Virus record (IMG/VR): IMGVR_UViG_3300025117_000028
Location: 126,285 to 190,284 of that record
Source of the DNA: a virus
Length of the DNA stretch: 64,000 bases
Reading direction: 5' to 3' (one strand)
This document shows positions 11,533 through 20,525 of this stretch, piece after piece. Positions within the stretch are counted from its first letter, which is position 1. Each line of letters opens with the position of its first letter. The notes under the pieces are model-generated. The model was not told the origin of the DNA, ran no database searches, and saw only the letters and a list, made by a program, of their open reading frames with translations. A program made the position numbers and the translations under genes.

Positions 11533-11797
11533 GACATCCTATTCCTTCAAGATATTCTACTAATGTATCATAGGACATATCAATGACATATTTTCCAGGA
11601 CATACACAGTTATCTGCTCCTAGTCTTTTTGATAACCAGACTTGTTGAGCTGATGTGAGTTCATTCGAAAATTCTTCATCCCATCGATTTTTGTCAACAA
11701 AGAAAACGGTTAAGGAATGATCTTCGTCAAAGAAGAGTTCATTTCCTTCTAAAATAGAATAATAAAAACTATATCCTGAAATTTTTTCTTTTATCAT
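11489..11797 (-). CDS. Hypothetical acidic protein, FYY family (paralogues ~12247-12528 and 17679-17987)
   Basis: Shared S.FYY...tv.iv.K..w...L...Gf.EN pattern. Confidence 0.45.
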   Translation of the reverse strand: MIKEKISGYSFYYSILEGNELFFDEDHSLTVFFVDKNRWDEEFSNELTSAQQVWLSKRLGADNCVCPGKYVIDMSYDTLVEYLEGIGCLENEEIQEQSEDLS

Positions 11798-11847
11798 TCA
11801 ACTAGCTCCTTTAAAATATATGAATAAGTTTCAAATTTTCAAAAAGA

Positions 11848-12231
11848 CTAAGGCCGCACACAACGCGCGTAGAGGTGGTAAAGTTGATAGTCGTAGAGAA
11901 CGAGACCGTCGTAAAAACTCACGTAAAACGCGTCGTTCGGTCTGAGAACACATGAAGTCACAGACGACCAGAATGTTTTATCTTTCATTGGTTTTTTGAT
12001 TTCTTCTGATCCGTTTTTAAATAAATCAAAAAGTTCTATTTGAGTTGGGAGTCGTCCTCCTTGTTTTTTAGCCCAAGCCATAGATTTTTGCCAAGTCATT
12101 CGTTCTTTTGCAATTGGTCCCCACTTTAGTCCAGTCGCAGGATCTTTGATCCAGACTGTTTCTTCAACAGGTTGATTATGTTCACATTCTTGACACAGTT
12201 CTTGTAATTTTTCAAGTATTTTGCAAGTCAT
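11848..12231 (-). CDS. DUF1566 protein, DGR target with partly drifted variable repeat (11848-11973)
   Basis: CLec motifs; NNC-rich 3' end finishing TACGCGCGTTGTGTGCGGCCTTAG, followed by TCTTTTTGAAAATTTGAAACT. Confidence 0.85.
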   Translation of the reverse strand: MTCKILEKLQELCQECEHNQPVEETVWIKDPATGLKWGPIAKERMTWQKSMAWAKKQGGRLPTQIELFDLFKNGSEEIKKPMKDKTFWSSVTSCVLRPNDAFYVSFYDGLVLYDYQLYHLYARCVRP

Positions 12232-12903
12232 GATTTTTTCCTGTTGTTATAGAGGTAATTCTTCTTTAATACTATTATTCTCTTTAAATCCTAAATCATT
12301 AAGAGTTTTACGGATTTGATCTGCTGACCCATCCATCCAATAGGTATTACCAGTAAGGATGGTTTCATCGAAAATATTTTCGAGTAAGAAGATTTCATCT
12401 TCATCAAGATCATCAAGTAAATCAAAAGATAGATCGAATGTATCTTTTCTAACAATGGTGACTGTATACCCTTGTCTATTCTCTGCCTCAAAATTGTCTA
12501 AGCAATAATAGAAATCTGAATATTTCATAGTTCCTCTCTTAAGAGATTGATTTTCGTTATTGTTTAATTTATTTTTTTCATTTTTCAATAGATATAAAAT
12601 ATGTTCTTGAGAAACTTTAATGTTTACGAAGATTTTTGACAAGAAATTTAATCCACTTATGCACAATGAAAGGAAAGCACATAGGCCACAATAAAGATAA
12701 TAGTAACAAAACACACGAAAGTTCTTCATATGGTTCTGTTCCTTTTAGTTCGTATAAAAAATATAAATGGCCAAATCTATATATAACAATTCCTATAAAG
12801 ATTGTTAACAACCATAAATACAATGGAATTTCTGGAGCATTAAACATTAATATAAATGCCATGCCCACAAACCAAATAACATTGATTAATTTATATAGAA
12901 TAT

Positions 12904-13173
12904 TCATTCGGCTATTCTTAATAAAATTAGATACCCAATTAAATCTAATAGAGTATCTTCATTGTCTTCGGTTTGATTTAATATTCGACTTAGTTTATCA
13001 TCGATTCTGACCTTTAATTGTTCTATTTTGTCGGCTTTTGAAAATATACGAACAGGATCAAAGGCAGCGTTTCCATATTTCTTATTTTTCTCAATTAGTA
13101 ACTCAAGAACTCTTTCTAACACAAGTTTAACTTTTTCTATAGTTTCATTGTGTTCGTCTCTGAAAATTGCCAT
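12904..13173 (-). CDS. Nucleotide-modification-associated domain 1 (Nmad1/DUF1599-like) protein
   Basis: KNKKYGN, VRIDDKLSRI, DTLLDLIGY. Confidence 0.75.
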   Translation of the reverse strand: MAIFRDEHNETIEKVKLVLERVLELLIEKNKKYGNAAFDPVRIFSKADKIEQLKVRIDDKLSRILNQTEDNEDTLLDLIGYLILLRIAE

Positions 13174-13460
13174 TAGTAGATAACCTCATCTAGGTTAATT
13201 TCTTTTGGAGTCTCTACATATTGAGTTTTACGGAGTGGGTTTCCTACGGATTTTGTTGTAATATTTGCGGCACATTGTTTACAAAACAAGCCCTCTTTAT
13301 TTACTTCGTGTCCTTTAGTAACCTTAAGAGTTTCGTATGTCTCTTTATCTTTTACTGTATACTCTACAAGACGAATTTCTGTAATAAGTTTTTCGGGTGT
13401 ATCATGAATAACATGATTACATTTTTCACAACGGAAACACATACTTTTTCCCTCCCAGGA

Positions 13461-13787
13461 TTAGTATTTTACGCAGATTACATTACCAATTCCACTTTTA
13501 ATAATATTATTAACGTTTTCGTATAATAATCCTATTTGATTAGTTCCTAATATTTCAGGTTCATTAGGAAGTGACCAAAAATATTTACCTTTCATACGGA
13601 GTTGAATTTCTTTCGGTCCAAATTGAAATAAGTTAAAGAGTTCTATCTGTTTAGGGAGTCGTCCTCCTTGCTTTTCAGCCCAATCCATGGCCTCTTTCCA
13701 TTTCATTAATTTGTCTGCGATTGGTCCCCATTTTATTCCAGTTTTATAATCTTCATCCCATCCCCGATAATCATTTTCTTGAATCAT
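13461..13787 (-). CDS. DUF1566/C-type-lectin-fold protein (divergent C-terminus)
   Basis: DYKTGIKWGP, GGRLPKQIEL, FWS, VICVK. Confidence 0.8.
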   Translation of the reverse strand: MIQENDYRGWDEDYKTGIKWGPIADKLMKWKEAMDWAEKQGGRLPKQIELFNLFQFGPKEIQLRMKGKYFWSLPNEPEILGTNQIGLLYENVNNIIKSGIGNVICVKY

Positions 13788-13788
13788 T

Positions 13789-14169
13789 TTAATCTCCACA
13801 TATGCAACGTACACGATAAAGGTTATCTTTGTTATCATAGTATAAATGATTAAGATAAAAATTTGCAGCCCAAACACTATCGCTATCACCTACATGAGAT
13901 GATGACCAATAACGATTATCTCCCATTCGTTTTTGAGTCTCTTCAGTTTGGTTATTGATTAGTTCAAGGAGTTCTACCCTTGTTGGAAGTCTTCCTTTTT
14001 GTTTTTCACACCATTTTACAGCTTCATCCCAAGTCATTTCTTTCTTAGAAATTGGTCCCCATTTTAACGTAGAAATGGGTATCTTGATTTGGTTTACTTC
14101 TTTAACAGGTTGTTTATATTCACATTCTTGACATAATCCTTGTAGTGTTTCAAGTATTTTGCAAGTCAT
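13789..14169 (-). CDS. DUF1566/C-type-lectin-fold protein with MTCKIL leader
   Basis: WGPISKKEMTWDEA, GRLPTRVEL, YWSSS, YRVRCI. Confidence 0.85.
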   Translation of the reverse strand: MTCKILETLQGLCQECEYKQPVKEVNQIKIPISTLKWGPISKKEMTWDEAVKWCEKQKGRLPTRVELLELINNQTEETQKRMGDNRYWSSSHVGDSDSVWAANFYLNHLYYDNKDNLYRVRCICGD

Positions 14170-14780
14170 AAAGTTCCCTTTATTGGAAATAGTTAATAAT
14201 GTAATAAGAAGTAATAAAAATAATTATTGATATATAAAAACATAAGTAAATAGTTCCTATCATATATACTTGAATAGTTCCATGAAAGCACGAATTAAAA
14301 TTATAGTTGGAATAATTAATAATAGGTAAGGAATTGTATATATGATTATTAATATTATTATTGAAAGGACTATTAACCCTAATAAACCTATATGTATTTT
14401 CATTGTTTTTTATTAAATTGTTTTATGGAAATCATATTCTAAAGGAATAGTTTCCCAATTTAAGACTTTTTTATAATAGCTATTAAAGTCTTTACAAGGG
14501 TCTTTTGCATTATCATCAAAGTAAGAATTAATAGCATAAAGTAAACTAGGATATTTATTATAAAGATGTTGATAAGTTTTTGTTAGTGTCATCCCTTTCT
14601 CAACTAATTCTTGAGCTTTTTGCGCTCTTCCAAGCGCTATTTTTGTTCCTAATTTCTTTGAAAATTGATCTGGTTTTGTGTTTTTATTACCCGAATGAGA
14701 TGCGGCCCATCCAATAATTCCATTATTTAAAATGACACAAGTTAAGTAGTTTTTATAATAAAATACTTTATATGGTGTAT

Positions 14781-15227
14781 TCATATTGCTTCTCCTATGG
14801 ATGTGGGTATAGGCCAAGATAATGGCCAATTCATGAGTAGTTCATCTAAATTATTAGATTGTCGAACAAGAGTATGACGAGGAACAGTATGAACATTTCG
14901 GGCAAGAGCAGCTTCTACACTTATACCAAAGTAACAGAAATTAACTTGATAATTTGCTTTTATTGCGGCATTATAATAAGGTTCAATTGCCCATTTAGTT
15001 AGATTTGTATTATCTATGATAATAGTTTCTGCTTTAGCAAATAATGCTAAATGAAATTTATTTTGACAAGCTTTATGAGCTTGTTCAAGTTTTGTTGGAT
15101 CCCAATTATATGTCCCATCTTTTTCAAAGAAGTGATCTGCAGAACATATTACTGCATTGGGAAAATTTTTAGCGTAAGTACTTTTACCCGAACCAGATAT
15201 ACCAATGAAAATATTTACAGTTTTCAT
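14781..15227 (-). CDS. P-loop polynucleotide kinase (AAA_33/N4BP2-like)
   Basis: GISGSGKST, CSADHFF, IIIDNTN, ARNVHTVP. Confidence 0.8.
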   Translation of the reverse strand: MKTVNIFIGISGSGKSTYAKNFPNAVICSADHFFEKDGTYNWDPTKLEQAHKACQNKFHLALFAKAETIIIDNTNLTKWAIEPYYNAAIKANYQVNFCYFGISVEAALARNVHTVPRHTLVRQSNNLDELLMNWPLSWPIPTSIGEAI

Positions 15228-15261
15228 GGCGTTAAACTCCAACTTTAAATTTTCAAAAAGA

Positions 15262-15642
15262 CTAAGGCCGTACACAACGCACCGCGTAGTCACGTATTTT
15301 ATCGTTGTTGTTAGTATCACTATAGTTAAAGTTTACATACCATGCATTATAGACGTAATAGAAGCAAGATAACAAGGACCAGAATTTATTTGATTTCATT
15401 GGTTTAACAATATTTTTTGGTCCAAAATCAAATAGTTGGAGAAGTTCTGCTCTTGTTGGAAGTCTTCCGCCTTGTTTTTCAGCCCAGTCCATGGCTTCTT
15501 CCCAAGCCATTGGTTTTTCAGCAATTGGTCCCCATTCCAGTCCTGTTTTAGGATCTTTTTGCCAGATGACTTCTTTAACAGGTTGATTAGATTCACATTC
15601 TTGACATAATTCTTGTAGTTTTTCAAGTATTTTGTAAGTCAT
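15262..15642 (-). CDS. DUF1566 protein, DGR target with ameliorated variable repeat (15262-15384)
   Basis: FWS..AWYVNFNY..VRCVRP; contains AACAACAAC; conserved downstream TCTTTTTGAAAATTT. Confidence 0.82.
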   Translation of the reverse strand: MTYKILEKLQELCQECESNQPVKEVIWQKDPKTGLEWGPIAEKPMAWEEAMDWAEKQGGRLPTRAELLQLFDFGPKNIVKPMKSNKFWSLLSCFYYVYNAWYVNFNYSDTNNNDKIRDYAVRCVRP

Positions 15643-15668
15643 GGTTTTCCTCTTGATTAATTAATTAT

Positions 15669-15907
15669 TTAGTTGTTTTCAAATACAATCTTTTCTTGTA
15701 CTTTTGTACCGTCAAAATAACACAGATTTCTTTTTGCTTCTTCTAGGGAAGAGAAAGTATTTTTGGATCGGGGATCTAATGATATGAAGGAATCATAGGA
15801 CGACGCGTCATCCCACCACGACCACGCAAACAGATTAATCTGCGTTGGATGACATATGTAACGCTGCCGTATATGCTCGTTCTTTCGACAATGCGAACTT
15901 TCTTCAT
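15669..15907 (-). pseudogene. Frameshifted small hypothetical ORF
   Basis: MKKVRIVERTS... continues in another frame as ...LFAWSWWDD...EKIVFENN*; shift near 15830-15845. Confidence 0.35.
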
Positions 15908-15921
15908 TTTTTTTCTCTTGA

Positions 15922-15995
15922 TGGTCCCACTAGGATTTGAACCTAGACTCTCTGCTTATAAGGCAGAATAGCTAACCAATTACTACTATGGGACC
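15922..15995 (-). tRNA. tRNA-Ile(UAU), no encoded CCA
   Basis: Acceptor GGTCCCA/TGGGACC, anticodon arm TCTGC-CT TAT AA-GCAGA, T arm CTAGG TTCAAAT CCTAG. Confidence 0.85.
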
Positions 15996-16301
15996 CTGTT
16001 TAAAATTATTAATAATATTAGAATTGAATTTCTTTTTTATAATGGATAATGCCATTTTGACACAAATAACCTAATTGATATGAAGGAATTATAGGATGAA
16101 ATTTTTCCTTAGATATATATTTGCAATGATTTTTTATCAAGAATTCTTCCGTAATATAAGAATTTGTTTCATGATAAAAATTAGATTTCATTTTAATTTC
16201 AAAACCAACAAGTAAAATTACAAAAATTATAGCAATGATACCTGCTACTTTTACAATTTTAGTTTGATTTATTTTTAACTCATTTTAGATTTTAAAAAGG
16301 A

Positions 16302-16369
16302 TGACCATCGGTGGAACTGCCCCATCCCTTCCTACGTACCATGTAGGGCTCTCTCTTGAGCTGATGGTC
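16302..16369 (-). tRNA. Aberrant tRNA-like gene (Thr GGT-like)
   Basis: Acceptor GACCATC/GATGGTC, D arm GCTC/GAGC, CCTAC-AT GGT AC-GTAGG; non-canonical T loop. Confidence 0.45.
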
Positions 16370-16379
16370 TTTTGAAGAG

Positions 16380-16446
16380 TGGAGCCGTTGGAATCGAACC
16401 AACCTCCGTTCATGACCGTAGCCAAAAACGTCTCCCAGAGTGCCCC
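16380..16446 (-). ncRNA. tRNA-Ala/tmRNA-TLD-like mini RNA without an anticodon loop
   Basis: 5' GGGGC pairs with 3' GCTCC-A (G3.U70-type pair), canonical GTTGG TTCGATT CCAAC T arm, central hairpin capped by C(UACG)G. Confidence 0.5.
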
Positions 16447-16539
16447 ATAAAATTAGTATGTAGCCCCTTCCGCGCTCATACTATATATCCTCTAGCTTTT
16501 TGAGTCAAAAGCCAAGGGTATTTACCTATGTAAGAAAGT

Positions 16540-16668
16540 TTATTCTTTGTGGAGATGTTCTTTGATATGTCCGCATGTTCGACTAGCGGCATCTAAGCCT
16601 AAAATGCCGACAATAGTCCCCAAGGCAGTAACTCCGATCCAGATTAGAGTATCTACGGCCCATTGCAT
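16540..16668 (-). CDS. 42-aa single-TM protein (not in ORF track), paralogue of 28250-28441
   Basis: AAGGAG RBS; MQWAVDTLIWIGVTALGTIVGILG vs MQFILDSIIWLVITALGTFLGLLG. Confidence 0.65.
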   Translation of the reverse strand: MQWAVDTLIWIGVTALGTIVGILGLDAASRTCGHIKEHLHKE

Positions 16669-16682
16669 ATGTACTCCTTGAT

Positions 16683-17279
16683 TTAACCCTCTAGCAGAGG
16701 AAGGCGAGCATCATTAGTCGCTAAACCAAGACTGGTTTCGTTTGGATACTCAAGGCTTTGGAGATACTTGTCCAAGTCTTTTCCGTCCTTGGCATTGGCA
16801 AGATTGTAAATTTTTACCCCTGCTTTCTTAGCCAGACGGCAAAGTTGCGCAGTGTCACCAGTAGGATCTTTCTCGAAACAAGTGATCATAAAAGAACTAG
16901 GATCGTTCAAGTTGTCTCCAAGAATCATGTAGCTAGTGCGTGCCATGATCTTGCGAGTCGGCGTTTTGAGATGAGACCAGTTGATTTCGACATTGTTGCC
17001 TTCTTCATTGACACCAAGTCGATACCAATTTTGCTCTGCAATACAGTAGGCTTGACGGCTAATCCTATTGTGTTGACTGGGATGGTTATTGAAGTTTGTC
17101 CAAGGCAAATATACGCTACACCTAAAGCCCGCTCCTTCTTCAAAGGCTTTCGAGACATTCGTTTCTCCACCAAGTCGAGCAATAAATCCCAACTTAGAGA
17201 GACGTTTGGCAAACGCCGTAAAACGGTCCAAATTTTCTTGACTCACTTCCCGATCTGCTGAACCAGTGTAAAAACGCAT
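16683..17279 (-). CDS. SLOG/DprA-like Rossmann-fold protein (degenerate paralogue of 27368)
   Basis: YTGSADRE, AFEEGA, YLPW.NFN.H, ILGDNLNDPSSFMI, IYNLA. Confidence 0.65.
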   Translation of the reverse strand: MRFYTGSADREVSQENLDRFTAFAKRLSKLGFIARLGGETNVSKAFEEGAGFRCSVYLPWTNFNNHPSQHNRISRQAYCIAEQNWYRLGVNEEGNNVEINWSHLKTPTRKIMARTSYMILGDNLNDPSSFMITCFEKDPTGDTAQLCRLAKKAGVKIYNLANAKDGKDLDKYLQSLEYPNETSLGLATNDARLPLLEG

Positions 17280-17356
17280 GGCTTACCTCCTCAGGTAGCT
17301 TTTTAAACAACACAAAGCATTAAATCTTTGTGTCAATACTTGAATTTTCAAAAAGA

Positions 17357-17677
17357 TCACGGCCGCACACAACGCGCGTCGTAGTCGTTATCCTTATTGT
17401 CGAGGCCGACGTAGCCGTAGTCGAAATTCACGTACCACGCGAAGACGGAGTTGTAGACGTAGGACGACGACGACCAGAATAGACCTCTCAATCCCTCCAG
17501 CCCCGGAGCTGTCTTCCCGGTTTCCCTATCAATGGCATTCATTAATTCATTGACTCCCGGAAGATACCAGTCGTCAAAGCCAAGGTGCTTCTCTGCGTTG
17601 AGCTTGGTTGGAAGGTTTATTGCCTCTTGCCAAGTGCATTGAAATTGTTTACTAATTTTGTTGGTATAGTCTTTCAT
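17357..17677 (-). CDS. DUF1566 protein, DGR target with intact variable repeat (17357-17479)
   Basis: LGFDDWYLPGVNEL, FWSSSS..AWYVNF.YG.V...ARCVRP; VR codons almost all NNC. Confidence 0.9.
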   Translation of the reverse strand: MKDYTNKISKQFQCTWQEAINLPTKLNAEKHLGFDDWYLPGVNELMNAIDRETGKTAPGLEGLRGLFWSSSSYVYNSVFAWYVNFDYGYVGLDNKDNDYDARCVRP

Positions 17678-19020
17678 ATTAGATATAACCTCCTGAAATG
17701 AAAGCTGTATAATCTGAATTAGTTTGGAAACCTTCTTGGTCTAACGCTATTCTTACCTGGTTAATATCAAAAGGATCCCAAAATACTTTATCAAAGCTAT
17801 AACAAAATTCCATTTCTTTAACAAGTCCAATACTTTCAAAATATTTAAATTCTTGAAATGTTTCCTCGCTTTTACAATAACGATATTTATTCCAGAATTT
17901 AACCGGACAAATATTTATTGTAAACATTCCAGGGTTATCAGGATCATCAAGAAAAACATAATAAAAATCTGAACCTGTAGTTTTCATATTAATCCTTACA
18001 CAGGAATATTATTTATGGTATTTTTTGTCAATTCTTCTTTTACCATTTGCTCTATTTCTAGATTGAAGCTTTTAACTGTAATTTCAAATGCTTCGTCAAA
18101 ATCAGGATTTTGTAATTTTTCTTTAATTTCTTTCCATGTCATATTTTTGTACGCCAAACAACATAGAAAGGCATAAGTATTTATTAGCGTAAGTAGTCTT
18201 TGTTCAATTGAATTAGGATCATTTCTATTATCTAGTGCGAGAGAAGCAGCCATGTGTTTTGCATCAAGAATCATTTTTTGTACTTCTTCGTTATTTTTAA
18301 AAATAAGCATATTTGCTCCTTATTGATGAAAGCGTTTTTGATAGTCTTTTCCATATTTGCAAAGTTCAACAATATATTCTTCTGTCAACAAATCACGAAC
18401 TTCTTTCTCGAAGTCTACATTGTCAATGTTTGCGAGTATAACGGCTTTGATAAATCCTTTGATAAGACCACGGATAAGAAATGGGAAAGGTACTGTCATC
18501 CATAACGGATGTTGAGATGTCCAAGTAGAAAACGCAGCACTAATTGTTTGAGAGAGGCTTTCTTCAACTAAAGTATACATATAATCCTCCTCGGATTATT
18601 GGCCTAAGCCTGCTTCATATTGCAATACATAATCTAAGGCATGTTGAAGATCTGCATCATTGAAGTTAAGATTGTTTAGTTTAGTTTTTAAATCATCAGG
18701 AACGAAGACCCATCCAGGTCTACTTTGTAAATATTCAATATAATTTTTGTCCATTTTTTGTGCAACATTATCTTTCATAGCTAGAAAAAGTCTTGACGCA
18801 CAAACCCATTTTGTTTTTAGATTGTCTTGTAACCTAGCAAAAGTTCCTGGTTGCCAAGAATCAATGAAATTTTTATTTTTTAGTAAATTTTTGCACAAAG
18901 ATTTTTTGTCAAGATTTATATCGAGATTAAGATTATAACAATCTAATACATATTTATCTTTATTATAAAGAGTGCATGTAATCATGATTCTCTCCAAGTT
19001 TCAAATTTTCAAACTGATCA

Positions 19021-19328
19021 CTACCGCACACAACGCGCGTAGAGGTAGTTAACCTTAAAGTCGTAGTTGACGAAGCCGTAGCCGAAACCCACGTACCACG
19101 CGTAGTCGGTGTCGTTGACGTGGGACGACGACGACCAGAAATTCTTATCGCGCATGGGCCAACTATTTCCTCCGGCCACTCGTCACAGAGTTGTACCAGT
19201 TCCCACCGTTTGGCTACACGTCCTCCTTGCTTTTTTGCCCACTCCTGAGCCTCGTTCCATGTCATTCTTTTCTCAGAGATTGGTCCCCATTCTTTTCCGG
19301 TTTCCATATCTTTGATCCACTTGCTCAT
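19021..19328 (-). pseudogene. DUF1566 DGR target with a 1-nt frameshift just upstream of an intact VR (19018-19140)
   Basis: MSKWIKDMETGKEWGP...EEIVGP then MRDKNFWSSSSHVNDTDYAWYVGFGYGFVNYDFKVNYLYARCVR* in a shifted frame at GGCCCATG (~19153-19160). Confidence 0.75.
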
Positions 19329-19801
19329 GGCGCGGTCCTCTTGGTTATATCGATTTCGTCGCGCAGTTTGTTGATCTTGTGAGCAATGTCGTTGATAGAA
19401 CAAACAAGGTCCAAGGCAATATTGATTCCAATCGAATCAATAAGCTCATCCAACAAACCCTGATAGTGTCCCAACAGGTACGCCTGGTTTGACGATGTTT
19501 TTACGTCGTAATTGTAACGCCAATTGTGTCCTCCACTTTTCCTGCACCTCATGTATTCGTTGAGTCTCTCGCTCATGGAGCAGTCCTCCTGGCCTGATTT
19601 AGCTTTTTCAGAAGAAAGCCTATACATCCAAAGATGTCAAACTTGTTTATTTCTATTGGATTTTTATGCCACCTTCCGATCCAATAGCTATTCTTTTTTA
19701 GGATTCTTGGCCACTCGTCAGGGCCAATGATGATGTGCCAAATTATGATACGAATGTTGACGAAATCGCCACTCATGGCTCCTCCCAGGTATCAAGACCG
19801 A

Positions 19802-20110
19802 TCACGGCCGCACACAACGCGCGTAGTTGTAGCTATCCTTACTGACGTAGTCGACGAGGCCGTAGTTGAAATTCATGAACCACGCGCAGCCGGTGTGGCC
19901 ACCGTCGTATGAGGACCAGAATATTTTCCCCTTCATTGTTACTTTAATCTCTTCTAGGCCTTCATGAAAGAGGTAACACAACTCCCAAGGTTTAGCCTGC
20001 TTTCCACCCAGTTCCTTACACCAGGCTTCTGCCTCATCCCAGGTCATCCTTTCTTTAGATTCAGGTCCCCATTCTAATCCGGTTTTAGGATCTTTCTGCC
20101 AGATTGTCAT
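19802..20110 (-). CDS. DUF1566 protein, DGR target with variable repeat (19802-19921)
   Basis: DPKTGLEWGP, FWSS, AWFMNFNYGLV, YARCVRP; NNC codons. Confidence 0.88.
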   Translation of the reverse strand: MTIWQKDPKTGLEWGPESKERMTWDEAEAWCKELGGKQAKPWELCYLFHEGLEEIKVTMKGKIFWSSYDGGHTGCAWFMNFNYGLVDYVSKDSYNYARCVRP

Positions 20111-20525
20111 AAGTTTTCCTCATTGTTTTGACTATGTGTTGGTTAGGTATGATATTAGGATTCCGTTCTTTGAAAACTGAGTATTCCTCTCCGTGAAGAT
20201 CATTAAGAAATGTTCCGACTGCTCCAGAACGAGAAATTCCAGCAGCACAATGTATGACAAAATTTTCTGTCTCATGTCCTTTAACAAAATCTAAGATTTG
20301 TTTGGCATGTTCTTCTTGAAAAAGAATATACTCAGGATGTTCCGGAACAGTTTCATCAATATCGAAGAACACTAGAGAAAGTATTCTTATATTTTGTGCG
20401 AGAGTTTTTATTACTTCGGCTTCTTCTAATGTATCATTGATAGAAATGATATTAATATTAGGACGAAATTCTTGTTTTTCAAGTATCTCTTTTACGAAAG
20501 TTCTTGGGAATATCCAAATCTTCAT
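20085..20525 (-). CDS. Cys-dependent PTP/dual-specificity phosphatase
   Basis: VIHCAAGISRS (CX5R), FFDI, PN.H. Confidence 0.85.
   Translation of the reverse strand: MKIWIFPRTFVKEILEKQEFRPNINIISINDTLEEAEVIKTLAQNIRILSLVFFDIDETVPEHPEYILFQEEHAKQILDFVKGHETENFVIHCAAGISRSGAVGTFLNDLHGEEYSVFKERNPNIIPNQHIVKTMRKTYDNLAERS

Noticed and set aside
16380-16665. Full-length tmRNA using TGGGCCG at ~16656-16662 as its 5' end
   Set aside because: That sequence lies inside a small ORF with an RBS and a paralogue, and no tag-like reading frame was seen.
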